The notes under the pieces are model-generated. The model saw only the letters and a program-made list of their open reading frames with translations. It did not search any database and was not told where the DNA came from. The position numbers and the translations under genes were made by a program. DNA of 64,000 nt from Candidatus Latescibacterota bacterium (lineage in GTDB: Bacteria; Latescibacterota; UBA2968). Numbering within the stretch: the first letter of the stretch is position 1; the number at the start of each line of letters is the position of its first letter. Below, piece by piece: positions 37,229 through 47,162 of the stretch. Where the stretch lies: positions 38,123 through 102,122 of the forward strand of contig JAYODI010000003.1 in assembly GCA_038279365.1 (NCBI GenBank). The letters run 5' to 3'.

Positions 37229-37831
37229 TTATGGAATGGTTTCTTCTGGGTAAACAGCGGTGTGGACGATTTTGTCATGGAGGGCTTGTTTGGCCTCACC
37301 CAGGGCAAAAAAGCAACCAATACTTACGATAATACCTAAAACATTGCCAATGGTATTTAAAAATTCAACGCCTAAAATAAGACCAACAAGTGCCAATATA
37401 GATGCAATGGTTTTGATGGCATAACGTTTGAGGAGTGTGCTTGTTTCGGCGGTGGTGCTGTTGTCATTGCCAATTTTGATGGCCAGAATCATTTTGCCAG
37501 GTGATGCGCCTGTAAACCCTTCTATGAGGCCGTATAAGACCGCGCAAAGACCAGCCGCCCCCGAAATGGCAGCAACCCACTCACCTGCTTCACCCGATAA
37601 TTCGGGGTCGATGGGCACCAATCCTACAAAAAGGTCCTTGAGGGCATAACCGACCACACCTGCTGCGATTGTTGTGAAGATGCCGTCAAGCAAATAGGCA
37701 CCCAACCGTTTTCCAAATCCGATACGTTCTGGTGGCGCATCGGGAATTTCAGATTCCATGTCATTCGGTACAGTGGCCGTGTGTTCGACAAGGCTTTCAG
37801 GTGTGTCTGTGTTGTCCATTTCTTCGGCCAT
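37229..37831 (-). CDS. RDD family membrane protein
   Basis: RLGAYLLD, GASPGK, QALHDKI. GAGGA precedes MAEEM. Confidence 0.88.
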   Translation of the reverse strand: MAEEMDNTDTPESLVEHTATVPNDMESEIPDAPPERIGFGKRLGAYLLDGIFTTIAAGVVGYALKDLFVGLVPIDPELSGEAGEWVAAISGAAGLCAVLYGLIEGFTGASPGKMILAIKIGNDNSTTAETSTLLKRYAIKTIASILALVGLILGVEFLNTIGNVLGIIVSIGCFFALGEAKQALHDKIVHTAVYPEETIP

Positions 37832-38113
37832 AAAAAAATCCTCCCGTGTGCGCATGATCATCAAACCGCACGTTTTGGGTTGAGACGTGAACGGTACTAT
37901 AAAAGTATTGGGGTTTTATGATTCTGATATGGATTGGATGTCAAATTTCGACTTTACATATGGTAAGGTGATTTTTCGTTTAAGTCAATTTAATATGTTT
38001 TATCAAATTAAATGATTATATTTTGCAAGTTTTTTACTTGCCTTTGCGTCGAACCGATGTAGTTTGTACACGTTCATATAGACGTTTTTGTGTTGATAGA
38101 GGGAAAGGATATT

Positions 38114-39388
38114 ATGGCTGATCAAACAGTGAAGGTGACGATCAATGGAACAGGCTTTGCGGGTGATTATACCACCCAGGTATATGGCATGATTCCACAT
38201 AAAAATGGTGTGAATATCAATTTGGCAGGTGTGTGTTCGGGGCATTTGGAAAACGCTGAAAAGTTTGCCAAAAAACATGGCATTGGTGGGGCATATGACA
38301 ACCATAAAGATATGGTCACAAAGATCAAGCCAGATATTGATAATATTGCTTGCGCCAATTATGCACACGGGCAATATGCCATGGAAGCAGCCGAAGCTGG
38401 GGCTAAGGTGATTGTGCTTGAAAAACCACCTGTGATTTGGCCGGGTTACCCCGAAGGGCGGGAGGCTGATGGAGAAACCAAAAAACATGAAACAATGGAT
38501 TATTTGAGCCAAGTGCTGGATACCATTCGGCGCTGTGGTTCTAAGCTGTTATATGCCGAAGATTTTGTGTATTTTGATGGGGTAAAGGGCATGGTGGAGT
38601 TGCTGATGCAAGCGCGCAAGGTGGATAAAGGTCGCATTTTGTACCAGCGCGGTATTTGTGCCCACCAAGGTTCTCATGCTCCGGCTTATGACACACCCTC
38701 TTTGTCGGGTGGGGGGGCATTGTTTAACAAGGCGTGTCATCCATTGGGCCCCATTTTGTATTTGAAGCAGGTAGAAGGGATTTTGGCCAACGGCAAACCC
38801 ATTCGTCCAAAGAAAGTATCGGCGGTGGCCTTACAGGTGCTCAAGAATCAACCCAAATCGGCAGGTGAACACTTTCGGGTGATGCAAAACGTGGATGATT
38901 TTGGCCGCATTACGATTGTGTTTGAAGATGAGACGGTGGCCGATGTATATGGCTACGATTTGAGTATCAGTGGCATTAAAAATGAATTGTATTTGATCAG
39001 TGATTTTGCACAATACGATATTCGTGTTAACCCCACATCGGGCACGGAATTGTTTTTGCCCAAGGGGGAGGCCGCGGGTAATATTTTGTTGCGTGAAAAA
39101 CTGCCAACACCCGAAGGGACTTCCTTTCCAATGCCCAATCAGTTTTATGCACATGGATATGTCAATGAAATGGATGATGCTGTAGATTGTGTGTTGGAAG
39201 CAGATCGTTACCCACAATCGGGTGCATTGATGGCCTGGGATACGATGGCAGTGTTGATGGCCAGCTATGAATCGAGTGAAAAACATGCGACATTTGTCGA
39301 TTTGACTGCGTATATTGAGGCGCGATCATTTGATGCTACAGAGATGCCAGATCCTGAAAAATTTGGCACAGTGTTTCAGAAGCAGTAA
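38114..39388 (+). CDS. Gfo/Idh/MocA family oxidoreductase
   Basis: GTGFAG, EKP, GGGAL...CH. Confidence 0.85.
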   Translation: MADQTVKVTINGTGFAGDYTTQVYGMIPHKNGVNINLAGVCSGHLENAEKFAKKHGIGGAYDNHKDMVTKIKPDIDNIACANYAHGQYAMEAAEAGAKVIVLEKPPVIWPGYPEGREADGETKKHETMDYLSQVLDTIRRCGSKLLYAEDFVYFDGVKGMVELLMQARKVDKGRILYQRGICAHQGSHAPAYDTPSLSGGGALFNKACHPLGPILYLKQVEGILANGKPIRPKKVSAVALQVLKNQPKSAGEHFRVMQNVDDFGRITIVFEDETVADVYGYDLSISGIKNELYLISDFAQYDIRVNPTSGTELFLPKGEAAGNILLREKLPTPEGTSFPMPNQFYAHGYVNEMDDAVDCVLEADRYPQSGALMAWDTMAVLMASYESSEKHATFVDLTAYIEARSFDATEMPDPEKFGTVFQKQ

Positions 39389-39470
39389 GAAGAGGGAAGG
39401 AAGAGGAAAAATCTTTTAATCTTCTTCTTTCTTCTCTCGTCTTTTTTTTCTTCCTCTGAAGGGGTTGATT

Positions 39471-40415
39471 ATGGCGACGGTGGGGTTGATTGGGCACGAC
39501 GATTATTTGGCACATGACACGGGAGATAGCCACCCTGAGCGTCCTGAACGGTTGCGTGCGATTCACGCGCGTTTAGATGAAACGGGGTTGCGTTCCGATT
39601 TGGTGGCTTTTGAACCGCGCCATGTGGATGTCAGTTGGTTAAATAAGGTACACGACCCAGCTCATGTGGCCAACGTGAAATCGCGTTGCGAACGGGGTTT
39701 GGACTATATGGAAGATTTTGAGACGATGTTGTGTCCGCAATCTTTTGATATTGCACGGCTGGCTGTGGGCGCTACGTTTGAAGCGGTTGATGCCGTGATG
39801 AACAAGCGGGCAGATAGTGTGTTTTGTGCGGTGCGCCCACCTGGTCATCACGCCGAATACGATCGTGCCATGGGTTTTTGTTTGTTTGGCAACGTGGTGG
39901 TAACGGCACGGTATATTCAAGAGATTTATCACCTTGAACGGGTTGCCATTGTCGATTGGGATGTGCATCATGGCAATGGTACTCAACACTTATTAGATTC
40001 AGATCCCACGGTGCATTATTTTAGCATTCACCAATACCCTCATTACCCAGGTACTGGGCGCGCAGAGGAGCGTGGGGTAGGGCGCGGAGAGGGTTTTACG
40101 TTGAATGTGCCCGTTTCGGCTGGCACAGGAGATGAGGAATATTTGCGTGCATTTGATGAAAAATGGATGCCTGCGATGGATGCATTTAAGCCCGAGTTTG
40201 TGATTATATCGGCAGGTTTTGACGCACATATTCGCGATCCGCTATCTGCAACACAAGTGACAGAAAATGGGTTTGCAGAAATGACCCGTCGAGTACAAGC
40301 CATTGCCGATGATCATGCTCATGGACGGTTGATTTCTGTATTGGAGGGTGGATACGATTTGGTGGGGTTGTCGCACAGCGTGGAGACCCATTTAAAGACG
40401 TTGTTGGAGAATTAA
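39471..40415 (+). CDS. Histone deacetylase family (AcuC/HdaH-like) amidohydrolase
   Basis: HPERPERL, RPPGHHA, GFC, DWDVHHGNGTQ, SAGFDAH, EGGY. Confidence 0.95.
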   Translation: MATVGLIGHDDYLAHDTGDSHPERPERLRAIHARLDETGLRSDLVAFEPRHVDVSWLNKVHDPAHVANVKSRCERGLDYMEDFETMLCPQSFDIARLAVGATFEAVDAVMNKRADSVFCAVRPPGHHAEYDRAMGFCLFGNVVVTARYIQEIYHLERVAIVDWDVHHGNGTQHLLDSDPTVHYFSIHQYPHYPGTGRAEERGVGRGEGFTLNVPVSAGTGDEEYLRAFDEKWMPAMDAFKPEFVIISAGFDAHIRDPLSATQVTENGFAEMTRRVQAIADDHAHGRLISVLEGGYDLVGLSHSVETHLKTLLEN

Positions 40416-41282
40416 ATGATGAGCGATCTAAAAATTGCCTTTCAAGGTGAGTATGGTGCTTTTAGTGAAATGGCCGCACGTGCTTATTTTGGCGAAGATG
40501 TTGAGGTATTGCCTCGCCCAAATTTTGTAGCTTTGTTTTCGGCTGTTGAAAAGGGCGATGCCTCACACGGCATGGTACCTATTGAAAATTCTTTGATGGG
40601 CAGTATTCACGAGAACTACGACAACTTGCTCAAGCACGGATTGCAGATTGTGGGTGAGTTGAAATTGCGCATTGTGCATAATTTGATTGTGAACCCTGGT
40701 GTGAAATTGGAAGACATTCGGCATATTTATTCTCAAGCTCCGGCACTGGCGCAATGCACAAATTTGATTGCCTCTTTGCCGGAGGCTTCTGCTGTTATGG
40801 CATCTGATACAGCAGGCGCTGTCAAACAGCTCAAATTGTCGGGTGCACGTGATGCGGCGGCCATTGCCAGCAAACAGGCGGCTATTGATTATGAGCTGGA
40901 TATATTACAGGCAGGCATTGAAGATGATCATGCCAATTTTACCCGTTTTTTGGTGGTCGTTCCCGAAGGTGTAGAGGTGAAAGATGCCACCAAAACATCT
41001 ATTGTTTTTGCCATGCAAAATGTGCCAGGTGCATTGTTTAAGAGTTTGAGCGTGTTTGCTTTGCGCGATTTAAATTTATTGAAAATTGAGTCTCGTCCAT
41101 TAATTGGCAAGCCGTGGGAATATTCGTTTTATTTGGATATTGAGGGGCATCTGGGGCAAGAGCCATGTAGGCGAGCCATTGATCATTTGCGAGAAATTGC
41201 GAGTTTTGTGCGCATCTTGGGGTCTTATAAACAGGGGGATGTTGTGGACGGGAAAGTACGACCGAAGCGGAATGAGGCTTGA
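40416..41282 (+). CDS. pheA: Prephenate dehydratase with ACT domain
   Basis: AFQGEYGAFSE, PIENS, NFTRF, PGAL, IESRP. Confidence 0.93.
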   Translation: MMSDLKIAFQGEYGAFSEMAARAYFGEDVEVLPRPNFVALFSAVEKGDASHGMVPIENSLMGSIHENYDNLLKHGLQIVGELKLRIVHNLIVNPGVKLEDIRHIYSQAPALAQCTNLIASLPEASAVMASDTAGAVKQLKLSGARDAAAIASKQAAIDYELDILQAGIEDDHANFTRFLVVVPEGVEVKDATKTSIVFAMQNVPGALFKSLSVFALRDLNLLKIESRPLIGKPWEYSFYLDIEGHLGQEPCRRAIDHLREIASFVRILGSYKQGDVVDGKVRPKRNEA

Positions 41283-41364
41283 CGTTTGGGATTTTATGAG
41301 ACACTGTTAACATGATACCATGTTCAACTATTTTTGAGTAATGACACAGACAAAGGACAAGGTC

Positions 41365-42534
41365 ATGAAATTTGCAGATCGCATGTCGCTGTTGGGTACG
41401 GAATCGGCTTTTGATGTGTTGGTCAAAGCACGTGCCTTAGAAGCCCAAGGGCACAATGTGGTGCATTTGGAAATTGGCGAGCCCGATTTTAGTTCGCCAT
41501 CCCATGTGATTGAAGCAGGGCAAAAAGCGTTGGCCAATGGGTTTACGCATTATGGTCCACCGGCGGGGTTGCCCGATTTGCGTGAAGCCATTGCCGAATA
41601 TATTGACAGCACGCGCGATATTGATGTGCATCCCGATCAGGTGGTGGTGACACCGGGTGCAAAACCCATTATGTTTTATACGTTGTTGGCATTGGCGCAA
41701 CCAGGTGATGAGGTGATTTATCCCAATCCGGGTTTTCCGATTTATGAGTCGGTGATTCGATTTGTGGGAGCCAAGCCTGTGCCTGTGCCGCTTATTGAAG
41801 CGCGTGGATTTAGCTTGGATGTGGATCAATTGCGCAGTTTGATTACCGACAAAACCAAACTGATTATTCTCAATTCGCCACAAAATCCAACGGGCGGGGT
41901 GATTCCCGAAGAAGATTTGAAAGGCATTGCCGAAATTGCAGTGGCACATCAGATTCCTGTTTTGGCTGATGAAATTTATTCGCGCATGATTTATGATGGC
42001 GATTTTTGTAGCATTTCGGCCTATGATGGCATGGCCGATTTGACCATTATTTTGGATGGTTTTTCGAAGACCTATGCCATGACGGGGTGGCGTTTGGGAT
42101 ATGGTGTGATGCCGTTGGATCTGGCCAAACATATGGCGCGCTTGATGGTGAACAGCAATTCGTGCACGGCGGCCTTTACGCAAATGGCAGGTATTGCAGC
42201 ACTCAATGGGCCACAAGATGAATCGGAAGCCATGATGGCCAAATTTAAGGAACGACGCGATGTCTTTATTGCTGGACTCAATAACATTCCAGGGATTTCG
42301 TGCAAGATGCCTGCTGGCGCATTTTATGCTTTTCCGAATATTACCGCATTAAACAAATCGTCTAAGGAAGTGGCCGATGCGCTGTTGTATGAGGGGCATA
42401 TTGCGGCTTTGGCAGGGTCTGATTTTGGTGTTCATGGCGAGGGTTATTTACGATTTTCATATGCCAATTCGTTGGAAAACTTAAACGAGGCATTGGTGCG
42501 TATTCGCAAAGTGGTTGAGAAGTTGCAAGGTTAA
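41365..42534 (+). CDS. PLP-dependent class I/II aminotransferase (aspartate aminotransferase-like)
   Basis: IGEPDF, NSPQNPTG, DEIY, FSKTYAMTGWRLG, RFSYA. Confidence 0.93.
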   Translation: MKFADRMSLLGTESAFDVLVKARALEAQGHNVVHLEIGEPDFSSPSHVIEAGQKALANGFTHYGPPAGLPDLREAIAEYIDSTRDIDVHPDQVVVTPGAKPIMFYTLLALAQPGDEVIYPNPGFPIYESVIRFVGAKPVPVPLIEARGFSLDVDQLRSLITDKTKLIILNSPQNPTGGVIPEEDLKGIAEIAVAHQIPVLADEIYSRMIYDGDFCSISAYDGMADLTIILDGFSKTYAMTGWRLGYGVMPLDLAKHMARLMVNSNSCTAAFTQMAGIAALNGPQDESEAMMAKFKERRDVFIAGLNNIPGISCKMPAGAFYAFPNITALNKSSKEVADALLYEGHIAALAGSDFGVHGEGYLRFSYANSLENLNEALVRIRKVVEKLQG

Positions 42535-42551
42535 GCGATTGATTGCGCTTG

Positions 42552-42588
42552 AAAAGCCTCAGAGACCACGGCCTCTGGGGCTTTTTTT
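42552..42588 (+). terminator. Intrinsic terminator
   Basis: AAAAGCCTCAGAG...CTCTGGGGCTTTTTTT. Confidence 0.8.
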
Positions 42589-42623
42589 AAATCTTGCCAA
42601 TCTTTTGGTGAGGCTACATTTTT

Positions 42624-42857
42624 ATGACAGAGTATAGACCCATATCTTGTTCGTTACACGATGAGCTTGAAGCTGCGGCTACGTTGCGTAAGCCGTGCGA
42701 GGTGGTATATTGTGCGGATGGCGTTGAAATGATGGTCACTGGGCGTGTTATCGATTTGTATGCACGAGCGGGTGTGGAGTGGATGCTTTTGGATAATAAA
42801 AAAGAAATTCGTTTGGATCATTTGGTTCGCTTTAATGGCAAAAGCTTTGAGGGCTGA
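42624..42857 (+). CDS. rof: Rho-binding antiterminator (Rof/YaeO family)
   Basis: YRPISCSLHDELE N-terminus, E-W/Y segment and IRLD near the C-terminus, 77 aa. Confidence 0.8.
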   Translation: MTEYRPISCSLHDELEAAATLRKPCEVVYCADGVEMMVTGRVIDLYARAGVEWMLLDNKKEIRLDHLVRFNGKSFEG

Positions 42858-42858
42858 A

Positions 42859-43725
42859 ATGACGGATCAAGGGCGCGCATTTTTTCATGAAAATGGGTAT
42901 TATATTTTGCGAGAAGCATTTGGCAAAGACGAGTTGGCTGTATTGCGTGAGCGCGCACGGATTATTCAAGAACGGGTGCGCAAGGCGCCTATAAAAGGAA
43001 CACGATTTTTTGGTGTGCCCGATTCGGTGACCAATGATGTCCAAAAAGGGCCCTATACTTGGGGTGTGAATGAAATTACGCGACCTGAGTTATTTGATGC
43101 GGTGTTGATCAATGCCTTGGGCAGTGAAAAGATTGATGCTGTTTTAACAGCTGTGATTGAAGAACCGCGTGCTTGGGGGCTTAAAATCTTGTGGGCACCC
43201 CAAGTGGTGGATTACGATTTGATTTGGCATCGTGATGTGGCCGACAAATTGGAACCCGTTATTCCTTATAAAGACCCACGTAATGATCATGTACAGTTTA
43301 ATGCTGCATTGGAATACGATGATTCTTTCATTGTGATTCCCAAAAGCCACAGACGCCCACTTACGCCCGATGAACTTTCGATGCGCCGACAAAACACTGC
43401 TACATTGCCGGGGCAGTTGCGTGTGGAATTAGACCCGGGTGATGTTGTGTTTATGGATGCGCATGCATTTCACCGCGGACAAGCAAAGGCTGGCGCACCG
43501 CGATTGTCGTTACACTTTTCAGTTCAGGCGCAGTGGGTGCCGCTTAAACCTTGGGGAGAACCCGAACATTTTGCATGGATAACATCGGATGATTTTATTG
43601 GGCAATTGGCCCCACGGTTACAACCTTATTATGAACGGCTTAAAACAGCAGAGACAGTTGATGATGCCATGGGGTGGCTTGTGCAACGGGCACGAGATGC
43701 AGGTTGGTCGGGTGAATTGGTTTGA
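42859..43725 (+). CDS. PhyH family dioxygenase
   Basis: FFHENGY, WHRD, IPKSH, PGDVVF...HRG. Confidence 0.82.
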   Translation: MTDQGRAFFHENGYYILREAFGKDELAVLRERARIIQERVRKAPIKGTRFFGVPDSVTNDVQKGPYTWGVNEITRPELFDAVLINALGSEKIDAVLTAVIEEPRAWGLKILWAPQVVDYDLIWHRDVADKLEPVIPYKDPRNDHVQFNAALEYDDSFIVIPKSHRRPLTPDELSMRRQNTATLPGQLRVELDPGDVVFMDAHAFHRGQAKAGAPRLSLHFSVQAQWVPLKPWGEPEHFAWITSDDFIGQLAPRLQPYYERLKTAETVDDAMGWLVQRARDAGWSGELV

Positions 43726-43745
43726 GGTTTTAAGGAGAGAGTGAG

Positions 43746-44717
43746 ATGCCATTAACAGAAAGTGAAATTGCGCAATTTTACAAAGAAGGATATGTGGTTA
43801 AAGAAAGTGTGTTTACGCCTGATGATTTACAACCTTTAAAGGTCGGTCTTACAGGCGTGATTTCACGCGCAGTAAATCAGCTTGTGGCAGATGGGAAGTT
43901 GGATAAAACTTTTGAAGAAGAATCGTTTGAAAGGCGATTGGCAGCCATTTGTGAATACAATGCAGAAGCCGGTGATGAGGTGATGCGCATCCTTAAGGGG
44001 CAAGGAGGCGGTGGTTTTAAAGAACAGTCGATGTTAGACAGTTTGCGCCACAAGCCTTTAATTGATTGTATTGCCCAGTTGGTGGGAGACGATATTGTGG
44101 GGTCATCGGTTTACCGGGTGCGCCCCAAAGTGCCCAACCATGTGTCTGGTGAAGTGCCGTGGCATCAAGATTCGGGATATTTTTTGCCGCATTGTGATAC
44201 AGAACTGATTGTGACGTGCTGGATTCCGTTGGTCGATGCCAATTTAGACAATGGATGTTTGTATGTCATCCCTAAGGCACAGAACGCTGGCATTTTTAGG
44301 CATTATACGGGTGGGCACGGCAATTTTTTAGAGATTGTTGCCGACGATTTGCCTGCTGAAAAACCCATCGCCTTAGAAATGACCGCAGGATCTGTTTTGT
44401 TTATGACCAACTTAACGCCACATGCATCGTTTGAAAACAAAACCAATCTGGTGCGTTGGAGCATTGATTTGCGATATCACAGCTTTGATGTGCCCAATAA
44501 TGTCGGTGAAGATCCCGCTGATTATGTGGCAGAGCGTGATCCTGTGACCATGGCGTGTTATCCGCCCGAAGCCGATTTTGTGATTCGCGATACCCAAAAC
44601 CCAAACCGTGAAGTGAAAGATATTGAGACGTTTCAAGCGATTCGGAAACGGTTTGAAGCAAATCGCCCCAAAAGCCCTGGGCGCGGTTGGACACCTTTGA
44701 GTGAACGGTCTGTTTGA
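43746..44717 (+). CDS. PhyH family dioxygenase
   Basis: WHQDSGY, WIPLVDA...NGCL, H...N...RWSIDLRY. Confidence 0.9.
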   Translation: MPLTESEIAQFYKEGYVVKESVFTPDDLQPLKVGLTGVISRAVNQLVADGKLDKTFEEESFERRLAAICEYNAEAGDEVMRILKGQGGGGFKEQSMLDSLRHKPLIDCIAQLVGDDIVGSSVYRVRPKVPNHVSGEVPWHQDSGYFLPHCDTELIVTCWIPLVDANLDNGCLYVIPKAQNAGIFRHYTGGHGNFLEIVADDLPAEKPIALEMTAGSVLFMTNLTPHASFENKTNLVRWSIDLRYHSFDVPNNVGEDPADYVAERDPVTMACYPPEADFVIRDTQNPNREVKDIETFQAIRKRFEANRPKSPGRGWTPLSERSV

Positions 44718-44780
44718 AAACGTCTGTGTGGTTTGTTACCCAGTGAATATTTTATTTTAACCTTTTATTAGGAAAATGTG

Positions 44781-45788
44781 ATGCCTAAGACTTATAATGT
44801 ACCTGCGAAGTCGGGTATTCGTGTGCCTGTTGATGTGATGGAAAAGTTTGTGTGTGAGTTGTTTTTAGCAGCAGGAACGTCACAAGATCATGCGCAACAT
44901 ATGGGGGTGACATTAACGGCCAATGATTTGCGTTGTGTATTTAGCCACGGTACGCGACAGGTGGGCGCTTATGTGCCTCAAATGTTACATGGGCACACCA
45001 ACCCGCGCCCTCAGGTGACTGTGATTGAAGATGCGCCCGCATTGGCTATTTTAGATGGCGACGGTGGTTTGGGTTATTTTCCTGCACACAAGGCTACGGA
45101 GATGGCCATTGAAAAGGCGTTGGCTTTGGGTGTTGCGGCAGTGACCACACGCAACCATTTTCACTTTGGTGCAGCAGGCAATTATTCGCGTATGGCCATT
45201 GCCAAAGATTGTGTGGGCATTGTAACATCGTCACACCGATATCGCCCCAAAGCCGGTGCTTCGGTCATGACCGCTTCGGGTGTGTCGCCACTCAGTATTG
45301 CTGTGCCAACCGAAAACGAACCGCCATTTGTTTTGGATATGGCGTCTCATTTTTTGCCCCGCGAAGACGATTTGATGGCACAATTCCCTGCGGCGTTTTT
45401 TAAGTCGTTGGGTGTGGCTGCGGCAATGCACGCATTGGGGGGGATGTTAACGGGCATTTGGGAAAGTGGATTTCAATATTCGGGCGAAGGTGATGGTGCG
45501 GCACCCCATCAGGGTGCGTTGGTTATTGTGTTGGATATTAAGCGTTTTGTGGGTGTGGATAAATTTAAGAAGGAGATGGATCGGTATATTGACGATGCAC
45601 ACCAAACCAATCCGTTGCCTGGGTTTGATCGTGCGGAGTTGGCCGGTGGGATGGAAGTGATTTGGGAGCGCGAACAGCGCGAGAAAGGCATTGGCGTAGA
45701 CGATCACCACCGCGGGGTTTTGGAGAAGATCGCCGAACAGGTGAAAGTGGATGCGCCATTTGCGGCGTATGAAGGTTCGAGATTTTAA
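44781..45788 (+). CDS. Ldh_2 family (type 2 malate/L-lactate/sulfolactate) dehydrogenase
   Basis: DLRCVFSHG, DGDGGLG, HFHFGAAGNY, VLDMA. Confidence 0.85.
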   Translation: MPKTYNVPAKSGIRVPVDVMEKFVCELFLAAGTSQDHAQHMGVTLTANDLRCVFSHGTRQVGAYVPQMLHGHTNPRPQVTVIEDAPALAILDGDGGLGYFPAHKATEMAIEKALALGVAAVTTRNHFHFGAAGNYSRMAIAKDCVGIVTSSHRYRPKAGASVMTASGVSPLSIAVPTENEPPFVLDMASHFLPREDDLMAQFPAAFFKSLGVAAAMHALGGMLTGIWESGFQYSGEGDGAAPHQGALVIVLDIKRFVGVDKFKKEMDRYIDDAHQTNPLPGFDRAELAGGMEVIWEREQREKGIGVDDHHRGVLEKIAEQVKVDAPFAAYEGSRF

Positions 45789-45816
45789 GGTGTGTGTCGC
45801 GATGAAAGGATGATAA

Positions 45817-47112
45817 ATGCCTGAAAAGAAAAACATCTTATTTATGTTTGCCGATCAGATGCACGCTTTTGCGATGGGGTGTATGGGCACAGATGATATT
45901 CATACGCCCCATTTGGATCAATTGGCCAAAGAGGGTGTGTTGTTTCGCAATTGTTATTCCAATGCGCCAGTGTGTACACCGTTTCGGGCGGCGTTGGTGT
46001 CTGGGCAATATGGATCGCAGACCAACACATTGCGCAATCAGGCGTATATTCCAGAAGGCACACGCACATTGGCCGGGGCGTTAAATGAGGGTGGTTATCG
46101 CACGGGATGGGTGGGCAAATGGCATTTGGGAGCCACGGGGAATCAGTGGATACCACCTGAGTTGCGGGCAGACTTTACCGAGTTTATTGGTTATCAGGCT
46201 TATAATGATTATTTACACGGGGTGAAGTTTTTTGACGAAACGGGCAAAGAACATTGGTATGATCGGCATCGAACGGATGTGACAACCGATATTGCCATTG
46301 AGCGATTGGAAGGGATGAAAGACGGGCCATTTGCGTTGTTTGTGTCGTATCAAAACCCACATTATCCTGAACAACCCGCTTTTGTTTATGACAAGATGTA
46401 TAAGGGCAAGACGATCAAGCGACGCCCCAATTGTGAAGAGGTAGACCCCTATACCAAAACAGCAAGCCCACCGAGCCCCAAACCCGTTGAGAATGATCCA
46501 CTGTATCAGCGATATGGCAATAATTTGGATGAATACCTACGGGCTTATTATGCGATGGTGACCCAGTTGGACGCCAATGTGGGGCGTATGTTAGACGCTT
46601 TGGATCGACTGGGTTTGCGTGAAAACACAGTGGTGATGTTTACCTCTGATCATGGTGATATGCAAGGCAGTCATGGTTTGATCAATAAGAGTTTGCCCTG
46701 GGAGGAGTCGAGCCATATTCCATTGGTGGTGCGGGCACCGGAAGGCGCACAAGGTGCTGTGGTAGATGATTTGGTATCGGGTGTGGATTTTTTTGCAACG
46801 TGTGTAGATTATGCGGGGTTGCCACCCGAACCGAGTGTGGAGGGTGATAGTTTTGCGCCGATGGTTGTTGATCCGAGTAAGAGATTGGACCGTGCTATTT
46901 TTTCAGAAATGCGGCCTTGGTGTATGGTGCGAAAAGGGGCATTTAAGTTGGTGGTGCAAAAGGATGGGTTTGAAACTACACATTTGTTTGATTTAGAAAA
47001 TGACCCCTATGAAATGAACAATTTATTGGGTAAAATCGATTATAACGAGAAACAAAAGGAATTGTTTGAAATTTTGAAAACCTGGCATCAAAAAGTGACA
47101 AAAGTATCATAA
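45817..47112 (+). CDS. Sulfatase
   Basis: NILFMFADQ, CTPFR, GKWHLG, NPH, SDHGD. Confidence 0.9.
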   Translation: MPEKKNILFMFADQMHAFAMGCMGTDDIHTPHLDQLAKEGVLFRNCYSNAPVCTPFRAALVSGQYGSQTNTLRNQAYIPEGTRTLAGALNEGGYRTGWVGKWHLGATGNQWIPPELRADFTEFIGYQAYNDYLHGVKFFDETGKEHWYDRHRTDVTTDIAIERLEGMKDGPFALFVSYQNPHYPEQPAFVYDKMYKGKTIKRRPNCEEVDPYTKTASPPSPKPVENDPLYQRYGNNLDEYLRAYYAMVTQLDANVGRMLDALDRLGLRENTVVMFTSDHGDMQGSHGLINKSLPWEESSHIPLVVRAPEGAQGAVVDDLVSGVDFFATCVDYAGLPPEPSVEGDSFAPMVVDPSKRLDRAIFSEMRPWCMVRKGAFKLVVQKDGFETTHLFDLENDPYEMNNLLGKIDYNEKQKELFEILKTWHQKVTKVS

Positions 47113-47162
47113 CAAAGCAGTTTAATTCGTATCCGAGCGTTCAAATCATTTGGGAGGGTGAT

